In this document: piece after piece, positions 12,334 through 26,963 of the stretch
Position numbering within the stretch: the first letter of the stretch is position 1
How the letters are laid out: the number at the start of each line of letters is the position of its first letter
Assembly: GCA_964016885.1 (NCBI GenBank)
Contig: OZ024743.1
Coordinates: 72,230,001-72,294,000, forward strand
Length of the DNA stretch: 64,000 nucleotides
Direction of reading: 5' to 3'
DNA from: Eledone cirrhosa
Taxonomy: Eukaryota
Notes under the pieces: generated by a model
Databases searched by the model: none
Seen by the model: the letters and a program-made list of their open reading frames with translations, nothing else
What the model was told of the DNA's origin: nothing
Translations under genes and position numbers: made by a program

Positions 12334-14273
12334 AAGAGAGTATTTAAGTTTGCTTGAAGCATTGTGGAATAATAAGATTTATTTATTTTGGTCGTTTCGG
12401 AAGCCTCAAATGGGTAAATCTCCGGGTAACAGAAACCGGTGGTGACGAGAGAGATGTAAGGAAATGTAGAATGAGATGTATAGTGTGTAGAGGAACGTAG
12501 GAAAGAGCGTAAAAATAAAAATAATAACACGAGATAAAGTTAGCTTTGTAGAGATTTAATTTTCCTTATATTTCGGATTCGCATCCATCAACTTGGGGTT
12601 TCCGGGGTGTGGTGGTTGTGGTTGGGGTTGGGGGTGGGGGTGAAACGTTATCTGTCGGAGAGGAAAGGTACGTGTCCTCTGCTGTCTGCTGTTTGTGATT
12701 AACTGAAGTATTCTGTAGAGTGCACGTGCGCGCGGAATGGGTGCGGTCAAGCAAAGGTCGAAGAAGTTATTTTTATTGCGGGAGTGGGATGGCGTTAGCT
12801 GTCAATCTATTGTACTATCTATATGTATTGTTTTTGGTACTAGCAGTGTAGTATAGTAGTATGGTAGTAGTCTGCCTGGTCGATTTTGGTCGGTGGAGGC
12901 GGTGCTAAACACACAATAACAATCTTCGAATACCACTGTGTTTGTCTGCGTGTGTTGTTGTCTCTTTTGTTTATACCAGCCACCTCATCTCGCTTCTCTC
13001 GGATCGGTTACTTATTTGTGGCCCTAGCCGTTTGATCCAAAGTGCTTCCTTGATTCGTAACGTGCTGATGTTGCGTTCTGTCGCTAGCACTGTGACATTG
13101 GGCCTTCCGTCTTTGTTTCCGCATTTAGTTATGTGTTTCCGAAAAGACGAGGCCCTGCTGTTGATGTGCTCCTTGATCCGGATATGTGGCGGCCGGGTTG
13201 TGCTACCAACATAGTAGTGGTTCCACTTGTCACATTCGACCTTGTATACAACGTATGTGCGTAGGCAACAGTCTGTATGGCGCATAGGACAGTTTCTGAG
13301 GGAACACGCGTCAGTCAATTTCCCGGGTTTCCTGGAGAAGTATCTCCGCAGGGAGGGGCCTTAGTGGGCCAGGTAGATGTCGAGGCCTTCTCTCCGTATA
13401 GCCCTTCGGATAGCGTTGGTGGTTTTCTCTCCCAGATGTGGTATTTTAAGGAAGCACTTGCCTTGGCTGTTTCTCTGCCTCTTGCGTCTGGTGTCTCTTA
13501 CTCTGTTTGTGAGCGAGGATGGGTATCCGTTCTTCTCCAGCACTTTGAGGAATAGCTTGGTGTGTGTGACACCTCTCATGGGATCGCTGCATTTGTTTTT
13601 AATTCGCGCGATCTCGTTCATGATGTACCCTCTTTTAGCACTGTTAGGGAGGGAAAACTTGTAGTGGACGAACAAGTCCCTGCAGGCTGCCTTGCGATAG
13701 AAGTTGGTGTGGATCCCTCCCTGCTCCGTGATGTTGATTCGGAAGTCGAGGAGCGCAAGGGACCCGTCGTCGTTGGGGTGTTCAACACTAAAATCATTAT
13801 TCTCGTCCGTGTTGTTGAACGTCTCATAAATTCCTGCTAGTACAAAAAGAACAGTATATATAAATAGTACAATAGATTGACAGTTAACAACATGCCACTC
13901 CCACAATAAAAAGAACTGGTTCGACCTTTGCTTGACCGCACCTATTCCGCGCGTACGTGCGCTCTACAGAATATCTCAGTTAGTCACAAACACCGGACAG
14001 CAGAGTACACGTACCGTTCCTCTCCGACAGATAACTTTTCCCCCCGGAAAAACCCCCAGTTGATGGATGCGAATCCGAAATATAGGGACAATTAAATCTC
14101 TCCCAAGCTAACTCTATCTCGTGTTATTATTTTTATTTTCATTTTTGCGCTCTTTCCTACGTTCCTCTACACACTATACATCTCATTCTACATCCCCTTA
14201 CATTTCTCTCTTCACCACCGGATTCTGTTAACCGGAGATTTACCCATTTGCATTGTTGAGGCTTCCAAAACGA
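12334..14273 (-). mobile_element. 5'-truncated Penelope/Poseidon-type PLE (RT thumb plus GIY-YIG) with inverted copy of its 3' repeat
   Basis: 12971-13833 minus: LALLDFRI..FYRK..VHY..LP.SAKRG..NGYP and YVVYKVEC..YYVGSTTRP.HIRIKEH..IKEALWIKRLGPQISNR. About 12390-12846 is inverted relative to 13834-14273. Confidence 0.9.
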
Positions 14274-14289
14274 CATATATATATATATA

Positions 14290-14337
<48 letters not shown>

Positions 14338-14351
14338 TCTGTGTGTGTATG

Positions 14352-14415
<64 letters not shown>

Positions 14416-14635
14416 AGCAAAATAAACGGAGGAGTAACATTTGGTTTTAAACGTCTGCTTCTCCATTTATATTGCTTATACTTACTCTGCTTACCTTGTT
14501 CATTAAATATTAACCCCTCTTTAATATTTAACACTGCAACCCTAAGCATTGAGCCCACCTCGCCTCGGCTATCGTCATTTAGCATACTGTATCACTCTTT
14601 TTCTCTCTCTCCTCCTTTCTTATGATACATATCTC

Positions 14636-14675
<40 letters not shown>

Positions 14676-15106
14676 GCAAAAGGGAAACATAAATAAATAA
14701 AGAATACGGCACAGTACAATGAAGAAATATATTATTAGTTTTACGCTTGTTATACTAGAAAATGAGTCCTAACGTTTCGGAGTCTAGTCATTCATCTGCA
14801 AATGGAATGTAAGATTAAAGAACAAATTGAATGACTGGGGAGATGGGCAGTGGCGGAGAGAAAAAATGTTTATAGTAAAATAAGAGGTACATTTAATTTA
14901 CCATCTCTAAGAAAACTGTTGATGCGGGTGTTTTGCATATGATACACTTGTTTTAAAAGGTCTGAAGAGCATCTACCTGAAAGCGAAAAATAAAACGTTT
15001 TGTATATGGAGTTTTACGTGTACGCGTGTGTATACGCGTGTGTGTGTATGTGTGTGTAGGTATGTGTGTGTATGTGTGTGCGTGTATGTGTGCGTATGTG
15101 TGTATG

Positions 15107-15200
<94 letters not shown>

Positions 15201-15323
15201 CGCTTATACATCCGTACGTAGCTAAGTAGATATGTCGGATTCCTACGTTGGATTTTCACCCTCGAAACGATTTTTTCCTCTGACACCAGTTAAACTCTTG
15301 GATATCTTTTTAAAACACTGGAT

Positions 15324-15368
<45 letters not shown>

Positions 15369-16622
15369 GATGTGTATATGTGTGTAAATATTAAAGATTG
15401 TTTAAGCACAGAAATGCTATAGATATAGCTTATAAAATAGGATGAAACTCTTAAAAGCTATCTTTTTATCTTCTATGTTAGAAGATGGACTATGCTGATA
15501 GTGGTTATGATAAGTATTACAGTATATGTAATACACTTAGGCTAACCTATCAATGACATCCTAATGGAGTCGTAGTTATTTTCAGAGACCCTAACACTTC
15601 AGGTTTGACCACTGGTGATGGGCTGAGAAAGAATCTATATCATTGCATTGTGTTGTCTGTTATATTATTTATCGTAATCTAGGAGTTGAAATGGGAAGTC
15701 AATATTCGACATATGTGAATATCTACGGGAAAGTTATTAACCAGCATGGGATTGAATAATCCATAAATATTAGGTTTCAATTGAAACACTTATGATATTG
15801 TTGTTGTTGCTGTTACAGCTCACACCTATGCAGGTTTAGCTGGCCTCCACCCTGGCTGTATCTCATTGGAGGTTTCTTGATAGTGGTTTAAATTTAGAGA
15901 AAATATCCTCCAATTATTAGGTTCAATTGACGAATACCTCGAACTCGCAAATTATTGAAAGTTAAAATTCTTTACTCTGGTCCAGTTTGTAGAATAATGT
16001 GCCTAACTCTAATAAATTTTTCATGATTAATGAAATTATTAACTCAAAGCCAATGGAAAGATAATAATTCATTAAATTGATTCAAATCACTGCAATGTAT
16101 TAAGGAGAAAACAAAAGAGAGCAGTTCCGTTTTCATTCTATAATTAATCCACTTCAAAGTCTCATAATAGTTCGTAAAAGGAACACAGTCACTATTTTGA
16201 ATGATATAAATGTGGGAGATTCTTAATAAATTAATTAGTCTACTGTGATGAATTTCGATTGTTTCAACCAACATAGAGGAATCTGTAAAATGCTAATCAA
16301 ATTAAACGATTCTGGGAATGCATCTGTGAACGCATTATATGTTTTATTTTTGTATTAATTCTATTAACATGATCGATATTCCGACAAACATTGCTTATCT
16401 GGTAAATAGTAAATATCTCTTCGTTTGATTACTAATGTACAGCGATTAGTCTTCAACTTCTAAACTAACTTTAATGTTTCTATTATGTGTTTAAAGCTAT
16501 TAAAGAAACAACAAATATATTTTCAAAAACATTCAAACCAGAATATTTGGAAAGGAAACAAATCAAATATAACAGGAATATTATGAATGTTTATAAGATT
16601 CAGGGTACTTCTTGAATGGAAT

Positions 16623-16758
<136 letters not shown>

Positions 16759-16842
16759 ATCACACACAGACAGACATATATATATATGTAAAACTAAGAA
16801 ATATATTTTCACTGGGTCTGACAGTTGGCAAGTAAACTGTAT

Positions 16843-16889
16843 ACGGTACTGATGAAGGATAATCACCCAGAAACATTAGCGTCTGCCGT
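16843..16889 (+). ncRNA. Type I hammerhead ribozyme (family C)
   Basis: ACGGUA-CUGAUGA-aggauaaucaccca-GAAA-CauuagcG-UC-UGCCGU: 6-bp stem I, canonical core, GUC site; stem II weak. Confidence 0.65.
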
Positions 16890-17128
16890 TTTGTTTAAAT
16901 ACCAACACAAGAGCAAGGATGACGAGGTTGTTCTACTCACATGGCTTAAGGGGTTGTTTGCATAATTGCAAAGGAAACGAATATTATTATTAATATTCGA
17001 CAAACAGATATGTATTGAAATTTCGTATTTCTACAGAATTACAGTATATTTATAGATAAACATTTAGAAAGTTGTAGCTATGCAAAGCACCGGGGCTCTG
17101 GTAGTTTACAGTACATGCAAGGGGGACA

Positions 17129-17172
17129 ATCGTAGATGCATTTCGAACTTAACTGGTTTTCATCAGGACGAT
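17129..17172 (-). ncRNA. Minimal type I hammerhead ribozyme (family D)
   Basis: Minus strand AUCGUc-CUGAUGA-aAACcaguuaaGUUc-GAAA-UGCA-UC-uACGAU: palindromic UGCA loop III typical of PLE minimal HHRs; one mismatch closing stem I. Confidence 0.65.
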
Positions 17173-17478
17173 CCCGCCCACATTTGCGACTGCTGGGCTT
17201 GAAAACAGGCAATAATATATGGTTTTCTTATCCGTGTAAATGAGTTGATTAGTGCGTTTTACATATTTCTATTACGAAGCGTCGGGACCCGACGGCTGAG
17301 CTCTTGCGTTTCAGCAGCTAATTACAGACTGGGACTAGAGGTTGATACGGCAAGAGGTCAGACTTCACGTCCCAACTCTTTATAATAGATACATACTCTA
17401 TGACACCAAGTATCGAGTACTTTGTTGAGGAATGGTCTAACCAGTTTCAAACTGAAAATATCCTGATTTCTCCCCCCC

Positions 17479-17523
<45 letters not shown>

Positions 17524-17804
17524 GGAACAAGTATGACCACGACGGCAGTGCTCAAGCCGTTTCGACGGCTATTTCTGGACTAAATTAGGATTTTTAGCCT
17601 GGCGAATAAATAGCCGAACTTGTCAAGGAGGTACTTCATTATATGGAAAGATTGTAGTTGTCAAGAGAGTTGGTTAACATTTGTTGTAAACACAAATAAG
17701 TCTATCATGGCATTTGGTGGTGGGTAGTGGTGGCTGAACTTGCCTGTAGAACAATAGTTGAGTGGAGCCAGTCAAGCGTTGAAAGTGATATGTATACAGC
17801 AGAT

Positions 17805-18877
17805 TCTGCCAAGATGCCTCTCCAGGAAACCCGGAAATCAACTGACGCGTGCTCCCTCAGAGACTGCCTGATGCGCTATGCGAACTGTTGCCTACGCACA
17901 TACGTCGTGTATAACATAGAATGTAACAGTGCAACCAATACTATATAGGTAGCACAATCCGGCCGTTGCACATCCGGATCAAGGAACACACTAACACTAG
18001 GGTCTCGTCTTTCCGGAAACACATAGCTAAATGCGGAAACAAAGACGGAACGCCCATTTTCACAATTCTAGCGACAGAAAGAAACGTCGGCACATTACGT
18101 ATCAAGGAAGCACTTTGGATCAAACGCCTAGGGCCACAATTAAATAACCGATCCGAGAGAAGCGAAATGAGGTGGTTGGTTTAAGTTAATAAACGATGCA
18201 GCACGCACACGCACACACACAAGCGAGACAGCAACACACGCACACACACACACACAGTAACATTCCACCATACGAACATACTACACTGCCAATACAGAGG
18301 AACAAGGCAACAACACACGCACACACACACACTCAAGCGAGACAACACACACGCACAGACACACACACAGTAACATTCACCAAACAGGCAGAGAATACTA
18401 TGTACTGACAGCTAGCGCCACCCCACTCCCACAATTGAAAGAACTACTTCGGCCTCTGACCTCTGCTTGACCGACCTCATTTCAACGCACGCGCGCTCTA
18501 CTGAATACCTCAGACATTCAAACAACGAACAGCGGAGGACACGTTCCGCACCTTTCCGACAGACGAACTTCCCACCCCCCGGAAAAACCCCAGTTAATGG
18601 ATGTGCATCCGAAATATATAGTGACAATTAAATCTCTGCAAAGGTAACTCTATCTCGTGTTGTTATTTTTATTTTTATCCTTTACGCTCTTTCCTACATT
18701 CCTCTACACGCTGCAGTCTTATACAGGCCACGCATCTCAACGTACACCCACTTACATCTCTCTCTCCACCACCGGATCTTGTTACCCGGAGATTTACCCA
18801 TCTGCATTGTCGAGGCTTCCAAACGACTTAAATAAATTTACCTTATTATTCCACAATGCTTCAAGCAAACCTCAATA

Positions 18878-18886
<9 letters not shown>
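17805..18886 (+). mobile_element. 3' fragment of Penelope/Poseidon-type PLE (GIY-YIG plus 3' repeat)
   Basis: YVVYNIEC...HIRIKEH...IKEALWIKRLGPQLNNRSERSEMRWLV, near-identical to 12971-13318; ends in (TA)n. Confidence 0.85.
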
Positions 18887-18919
<33 letters not shown>

Positions 18920-19068
18920 GTGTGTCTTGTATCTCTGCACGCAGAAACAAAGATTAAAAAACAAAATCAAGGTGGGACATATTACCAGTTATATTTAGGT
19001 ATATGTATATGACTAGATTTGTATATTACACGAGCATTTGTGCAACCAGCGTATCAATGGTAAATTAC

Positions 19069-19118
<50 letters not shown>

Positions 19119-19824
19119 ACATACATACATATATATGTATATGTATCTGTGTGTATGTGTGTGTGTACGCGTGTGTGTGTCAGTAAATATATATATATAT
19201 ATATAACCACAACTCATACATATGATATGGATATATATATTTATATATATATATATATATGTCCATATCATATGTATGTGGCTTTGTGCATACACGTGGA
19301 TGTCAATTGTGGGGGAGAGGTCATGTATGTTTACACCGAAACACACATAAATTGCAGATATTTAAAAAGCTATTTCGTACATTCAAAAGAATATTGATTA
19401 TTATATTTGCTCTCTGTAACAGAATCACATCTGCATGTCAAAAACAGGGCATCATTACTTGGAATATGACTTCCTCTGAAGAAAAACTCTTCAAGTAATT
19501 CCGATAGATTTCTTCTGTAATTACATGTAATCGTCTTAAACGATTAGTATACGTTAGCATTCATATAGAGCAAAGTAGCTGAAAGACATAGAAACAAACT
19601 ATATCGTTACTGGTACACTGAACTCTAAAACAGTATCATAAAATACTAAATGAAATTGGTTTTGGAATATATGTTTAAGGCGGATTAAACTAATTTTTAA
19701 TTCTGTGGAATTATGCAACATAGTGAAATCCCTCTAAGTCAAAAGAAATTGGTTTTATATTGACAATTAAAGACAGCTATTCTTGTCTCGTAGAGCCGGG
19801 TTTCTTACTGTTTTTGACAGTAAT

Positions 19825-19878
<54 letters not shown>

Positions 19879-20055
19879 GTGTGTGTGTAAATACATATGA
19901 CTATATGGGTGTGTATATATATACCCATATATGTATATATGGGTATATATATATACACACCCATATAGTCATATTTATTTATTCTCTCTCTTTCTCTCTA
20001 TTTCACACACGCACGCACACGCACGCACGCACACACACACACACGCGCACGCACG

Positions 20056-20149
<94 letters not shown>

Positions 20150-21854
20150 GTTAATAGAACAGAGCACATGATTTGTACAATGTTCAAGTAATCGTAAAAT
20201 ATATTCTACCGAGTTAAGTGAATTTCTTTCTAGCGGGAACAGGAGCTATAAGTATATCATTGATCTTTGATATTGGTACTTGGGTATAAAGTTACAAGCA
20301 ATGGGTTCAGTCGATTTAATCAATCAAAATATGATTGGAAATTTTATGTATTGCCTCAGCAAACAGTTAAAAGATTTTCAAAGCCTGGAAGATATCTACG
20401 TACCGAGATGTTACATATTAATATAGTATTCCTGCCAGAAAACATATCAATTGAAATTATATATAATTGGCATGTAATGAGATTGACGCCGATTCTGAGA
20501 AGAATCTAATAAGTAATTATATTTCGTATCCATTCAGAAGTCTGTGGTGAACATCGTGAGTTTGAATAATAATGTCTTCTGGTTACGTAATCTCGAAATT
20601 GATTTAGAAATCGGAAATACTGATTTGCATTAGTACAATGTTCTGTTACCATGAATATGATGCATTACTGAAGAAACATACATACACAGAGACACACCGA
20701 GACACACATAGACACACACACACAGACACAGAGACACACGCAGACATACATAGACATACATAGACATACATAGACACACATGTACATGCATACTCCCATA
20801 CATACATGCATACACATACACATATATAGATACGTATAGACTCGCACAAACACATAGTCCCACACAAACACACACACTCACACAAATACCAAGACACGCG
20901 TACACACAAATACACACAGACATATACATACGCACATACATGCACACACATACACTTATACACACATACGCATCCACTCATGCACACACATACTTATACA
21001 CACATACATACATACCCATACACATACGCACACACATAAACACGCACACACACATACACACACACACGCACGTACATACTTACGCACTTCTATCCATACA
21101 AACATAAATGTTTATATATATCTAATATTTTTATGATCTCATAATTTCTAAGAATCCCCAAAAGGTATTTTCTGAAACTTGTAGACTCGCTAAATATGTT
21201 TGTTCTAGCATTTAAAAATCCCTTTGGAATTGTTTAGAATAATTGTTTCTGGATTCCATGAGCAAAAGCTGGTTCGGTTAGATTTGAAATCTTTTTCGTT
21301 GAACACAAATTAGTAGTTAAATTCCTGGCTCATGAACATGAGGTCGTGGGTTGAATCGTAGAACAATGTGTTTTGTCCTTGAGCATGGTACTTCTTTATT
21401 ATTCCCATTATGGTGCTACACTTTATCTATATTTGTATTTCCCTGGGACAACATCAGTCACGTGGGAAGAGGAGACATACATCTAGAGATGTTTTTTCAT
21501 AAAACACGTTACCCCGGCTTGCTCGGGAAGAGATAATTTCCATGTACAAACCCATGGTCAGCCATACCCGAAGATGGCCTATATATATTCAAAGATACAT
21601 GATGTTAATATATTCTATCTTCGTATTCGTTCATCATTCTGTTATTAAATTGGGGTGTGATTATTTATTCAGTTTAATACGATATCGCTAACAATCAATG
21701 ATAATCCATAGTTTATTACACTGAGCTTTGGTATTCTTATTTGTATTTTTTTTCATATTTATATGCGTAACTCTGAGATCAAAGAGTCAGGTAGTACTGT
21801 TACTTCTCCGAATTGAGAGAACACAACTCCGATAATATGGGCATGGGGTTAGAA

Positions 21855-22090
21855 AGTCTCAGGAAAGAATCGCTCGATAGATTTTACAGGTAAAACCAAC
21901 CGCTAGGGGACCCAGGCGTATACCCCGAGCAAGATGGTTGGATATCATCCATGAGTATGGGTGAACTTGCTTGGGGATCCGGCCGGATTAGTAGGTGACA
22001 GTTGATCCTCACAGGACCCGCTGGAAGGTGTGTTTGAGGATTCTGCCCCATGCCTTTCTCAGGAATAAGTAGGGGAAGAAGTAGAAGATA
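21855..22090 (+). mobile_element. Degenerate 3' end of RTE-clade LINE
   Basis: Homologous to 57950-58200 (TCTCAGGAATAAGT..GAAGAAG end). Confidence 0.55.
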
Positions 22091-23339
22091 TTAACATAAT
22101 TGTTGCTACCAAAATATCCAGGTTGCAGACCCCTATTCTGTTGGAGTACCCCCACGTTAGAATATCGCATCATTTGCCCATAAAGAGTTTGATTACAAAG
22201 TTAAAGTTAACTACAATTTCTTGTACTACATATATATGAATATAAGAAATATTAGTCATGTTACATAGTATTTATAAGAGACTATAATTGTATTGCAATA
22301 GGACCACGAGAAAGCCAATGGAACACATTGCATGAGGGTTTATTAAAATAGTCAACTATTTTGAACTTGCCCTTTGTGATCTTGTCAATTTGAATTTGTT
22401 TATGATTGTGTACACAGGCGAAAACCTGATTTGTATTTATTATATGCAGTTATCTATTTTTATTTAAAAAAAAAAAAAAAAAAATTAGACTTTAAAACAA
22501 TTCTTAATACACATTTGATCGACAGTTTATAAATATAGGTTCCCAAAGAAAGGTATGCTGTTTATATTCAAACGAAGGATTTTCTCTCCGAATCACCTGC
22601 CGTCTTCAGTGATTTAAAAGATTTATTATTGGAAATGGCAGTTAAGAAGCGATGGATCTCTATACTTATATGATATTTAAGTTAAAAGATGCCCGTGTAA
22701 ATATTTAGGTTAAAACATGACATACACAATTATTCAAACAATACTTGTCATTTTCCAAAGTTATTTATGTGAGAATCTTTAAGTAATCGATATATAAATG
22801 TCCCTTATAACCATTTCATTTATTGCAATCTTATAGTCTGGAGTTTCCTTTGATTTGAGGCGAATATTCAATTATCTAATGATGGAATATAAAACCTTTC
22901 GCTATCTAGCACCCAGGTAATGCTCTCTGCCTTAGATCGATCAGAAGTGAACACTGTAATTCTTATACACGGTAATAAGTATATTCAAGTTAAGTTCACT
23001 CAGTCTCTTTGAAGTGACACAGTGTACAATAAGATCACAATAGAAAATGATGTGTCGTAGATTCACTTCTTTTCAGCGATCAAAGAAACGAAATAAAGAA
23101 ATTGTGACTTCCCGAACAATTCAACACAGTTCCATACACATTTAGATGTCAATAAAAATCAATTGCCAAGATATTATTGAACAGTGAAGGTCCATTAAAT
23201 CCAATAGCAATCCCACAATGATTGTAAGGTATTAACGTGAATATATTTCATATAGAATATTAAATAATTGAAGGTATGCAATCAAACGGTCATGCATAAC
23301 TATGTACATATTTAGGTTCATTATATAAAATTTACTTGG

Positions 23340-23525
23340 GTGATGGATTGGCAGTATCGATAGAGGGTCGGACACCGTTCTTTGACGCATAGAGTTAAGG
23401 CCCTTGCCATTCTGAGTTCAAATCCCGCCGAGGTTGACTTTGCCTTCTCCTTACGGGGTCGATAAAATAAAGAACCAGTAATGTACTGGGTAATTGCTGG
23501 CGTGGTGCCTAAAGTAGAAACAATT
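23340..23525 (+). mobile_element. tRNA-derived SINE
   Basis: Homologous to 1034-1222. Confidence 0.8.
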
Positions 23526-23814
23526 ATATACAATTTACTTATTTTGTGTCCTCGTCTCAGTTGGGTGTGGATACTTTTAGAGAAATCTGCTTCACGGTTT
23601 TAATAACCAAATGAAGCAAGTTCTATATATGCGAAGCAATGGGGGATTCTCTATGTGGTACTGGGTCGACTACAAAAACCAGTCAGCTTCCTTCAAATCG
23701 TACACTATCATAGATTACACAGTGTTGTAACGTACATCAATGTGAGGCCGTCATGCCTGGATGACCTTTGCAATTATGTATGAATAATCCGGACTCAATT
23801 GCTAAACAATATAT

Positions 23815-24055
23815 TCTTCTTCTTCTTCTTCTTCTTCTTCTTCTTCTTCTTCTTCTTCTTCTTCTTCTTCTTCTTCTTCTTCTTCTTCTTCTTCTTCTTC
23901 GTCGCTGTCTTCTTCCTTTTCTTCGTTTTCTTCGTCTTCTTCGCCCACTTATTCCTGAGAGGGTCGTGGGGACAGGGTCCTGAAACGTTTCTTCCTCTCC
24001 AGTGGATCGTATCCAGAAGCAGCCGCCTCCAAGTCATTCGGGTGGATCCCAGTAT
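23815..24055 (-). mobile_element. 3' end of RTE-clade LINE with expanded (GAA)n tail
   Basis: Minus strand ...CTCTCAGGAATAAGTGGGCGAAGAAG followed by a long (GAA)n; same terminus as 58170-58200. Confidence 0.6.
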
Positions 24056-26387
24056 CAATATTGTAAATATATGAAGATCAGGATTCCAATTTTTCCCAAC
24101 AAGATGATAGAAACTGTTTATTTAGTATTGAAATTGAAACCTTGGTGGGACTAAAATAACACTGAATACTACTCTGTATGTTTACAATTTGTTATATTGA
24201 TACCAAATACTACTTGAGGACCGTATTAGATATATATGGATAGCATTAAACTGCTAGTAATTTGCTAGAGTTATTCCAATGACTATTTTCTGTACCATCC
24301 ATAAAGTTTCAGGTGTCGTAAGTGACAAATCAATATTTCTGATTCCTTCACTGTAATTAGATCTCATGTGATCGGTATCAATGAAATGGTGATGATCATA
24401 TAGTCCATGTTTCAAAGTAAGATACATCGATACTCTCATAGGAATAATTTGTAGCCAATATACTAATTAGCATATATCCATTAACAAATCCAGAAGATAT
24501 ACGATTACTTACAGGTCCATGCATATCGTATGTATGAAATTAATTAGTCTCTAAACGCCTAATTAAAGGTAATCTTCATTTTAATTATCAGAGTTCAAAA
24601 TCTTAAAGAATAAGATGAGCACCGACACTTAATTGAGGTCGTATAATAAATTAAAGACACTTCATTAATCATGCACGTCGTTTATGTTTTAAGTAGTATT
24701 ATAATCGATCACCCGAAGATCGATATATCTAGGAATATGCATGCCTATTTTATCTGATCATGGAACATTATTGAAATCTGAGGAAACTTCTAGTTAGAGA
24801 TATATAAGGTATGTTTGATTTCGTCCACTTATCTTTACTTTAGAGATTACCAATATTTGCTTTGCTACTACATAATCTTGAGAAACTCGCAGCGAGTCAA
24901 AGGAACAAATAATAATTGTGAACGAATACATGAATAGATATACAGGCTCATAAACAGATCAGTGGCATAAACAAAAAGGCCTAGGCAACACTGTATTAGA
25001 GTTGTATATCAAAACAAAATCTACAGGGGGAAACATTGAGCATTTGTAAGAATATCAACCGAATACACATTCATTCGGGGAAAAGAAATTAATCTCCATT
25101 TCGGCCGTTGCTAATGAGTAAATTGTGAGTTGTACAGTTCTGCAAATGATCGTAGATACAAGGATATTAGATATACGTTTAGTGTATTTATTCACAATGG
25201 TACGTGAATGATGTATTATATCATATAAACACACACTCACACACATGCACACTCTTTCTAAGTCATACACACATATTTAGATGTTTGAATCTACTATTTA
25301 GCTGAGCAATTCCAGGTTCATCGTTAACTGGGAAGCAGAAAAGAGGTTATCATAAACCGATATAATATCTGAATATTTGCAACTGACTGAGTGGACCCCT
25401 GTAAGATCACCCAAAGGGCTATATAGGGGTACTACACTAACCAATAGTTTAGGACTAATGCCAAAGAGTAATAGCGTTTTCTGTGACAGATTTTCTCGCT
25501 TTCTGCCGAATTAGTTTCATTTTTATGTTAGAAAACATTTCCCAATTTTCACGTAGAGATATCAAAATCTATTATATGTAATGCAGATCAATATTCATGT
25601 CTTAAGATTCATATACCGTTATATAATACTATCTGTTGTTTTTCGCTTTTGTATATCTCGATATCGATCTCGACCCAGTAAAACGATATTGAAAGACATT
25701 TTGTCACGGAACATTCAGTCAGTTTTCAGGCACAGTATACCCAATTTTAATAACGGTAGGTATAATTAAAGGTGTATTTTGGTGCTATTTCTAACAGGTC
25801 GACGGACACAAAGCTGTCAAATGCTGTCAACAAGCAATTATTAATTTCGTCGATTAGTAAAACGTCAAAACTGGACAGAATTAAAACAAAACAATAAACA
25901 ATTTAAAATTATTATTTTTCCAAGTATGGTTACAAGGCACTTAAAACCCCCAAATCTTGTTAAACAACATATAAAAAAAAAACCGAATCGGATTTCATGA
26001 GATCTATGAAAAAATATTCGCTGGATTGAATATGCAAATCGTAATTAACTGATTAGTTTTACCGACACTCTGTAAATCATTGTCAAAATATAGCATAAAT
26101 TTAAACATATTTTATATGAATAGAATTATTTTGGAAGTTTCTATTTTCATGATTAAAATTAATACATGTTTACAAATTACCGACTTCAAAACACTCCTAC
26201 ATATTCAGGTTATTGTTTACATTTGAATACCAAACAACAGACAAGATTCTTTTGTAGTTTTTATCTTATTCTTATACGTGGGTGGATTGAGAGGAGCATT
26301 AAAGCACCGGGCAATGCAATAAACATTCAGTTACGTCTCTTTACGTCTAGAGTTCAAATACTGACGGACTATTAAATGGAAATGAGG

Positions 26388-26500
26388 CGGCGATTTGGTT
26401 GAGTTGTTAGAACGTCGGATAGAAGGCTTTGTGGCATTCGTTTTGGCTCTCTGTCGAGGTCAATAAAAAGGTACCAGTAAAATATTGGGGAAATTATGCC
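26388..26500 (+). mobile_element. Degenerate SINE fragment
   Basis: GGCGGCGATTTGG..GTTAGAACGTCGG head and GTCAATAAAAAGGTACCAGT. Confidence 0.45.
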
Positions 26501-26963
26501 TCTATATCTCTTTCTCACTTGTCCTCTCCCTCTCGATATCACTATACTTCTCTGGACGAAATCTGCTGTATTCAGACCTGGAGAGGGACGTGCTCCGTCA
26601 GGTTTAAAAATACCCGAGAAATGCCGTATGTTGATACGGCGCCCCTACAACTACCTTAGGGCTTACGGGGCTATGAATGCATGTCGTAGGAATTGTAAGA
26701 CCTAACAGGGATAATTTTGAATTATTCTAATGCCCATATATATATATCATTAAAACAAACCTGAACTGAGGTGGAACTTAACTAAATTATGTATATATAC
26801 CATTAAATGTAAGTGGTACATAGTTTCCTGATTTATAATATAAAACATAGGTTTTTGATGTAGTGTAAATAGCCTGTAGCGCTCTCTAGACAAAGGGAAG
26901 TAGCTAGAGTTACTTCCCATAACATTTCTAAAAACATAGGTTTTTGATGCAGTGTTAATAACC

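Noticed and set aside
14765-14800. Hammerhead on minus strand (CAGAUGA...GAAACGUU)
   Set aside because: Stems I and II do not pair convincingly; at most a decayed remnant
23768-24074. Poly-Leu/Phe/Lys ORFs
   Set aside because: (TTC)n tail of an RTE fragment
19400-26800. Host exons in the less repetitive AT-rich stretch
   Set aside because: No ORF with recognisable protein motifs; small exons cannot be excluded without RNA-seq
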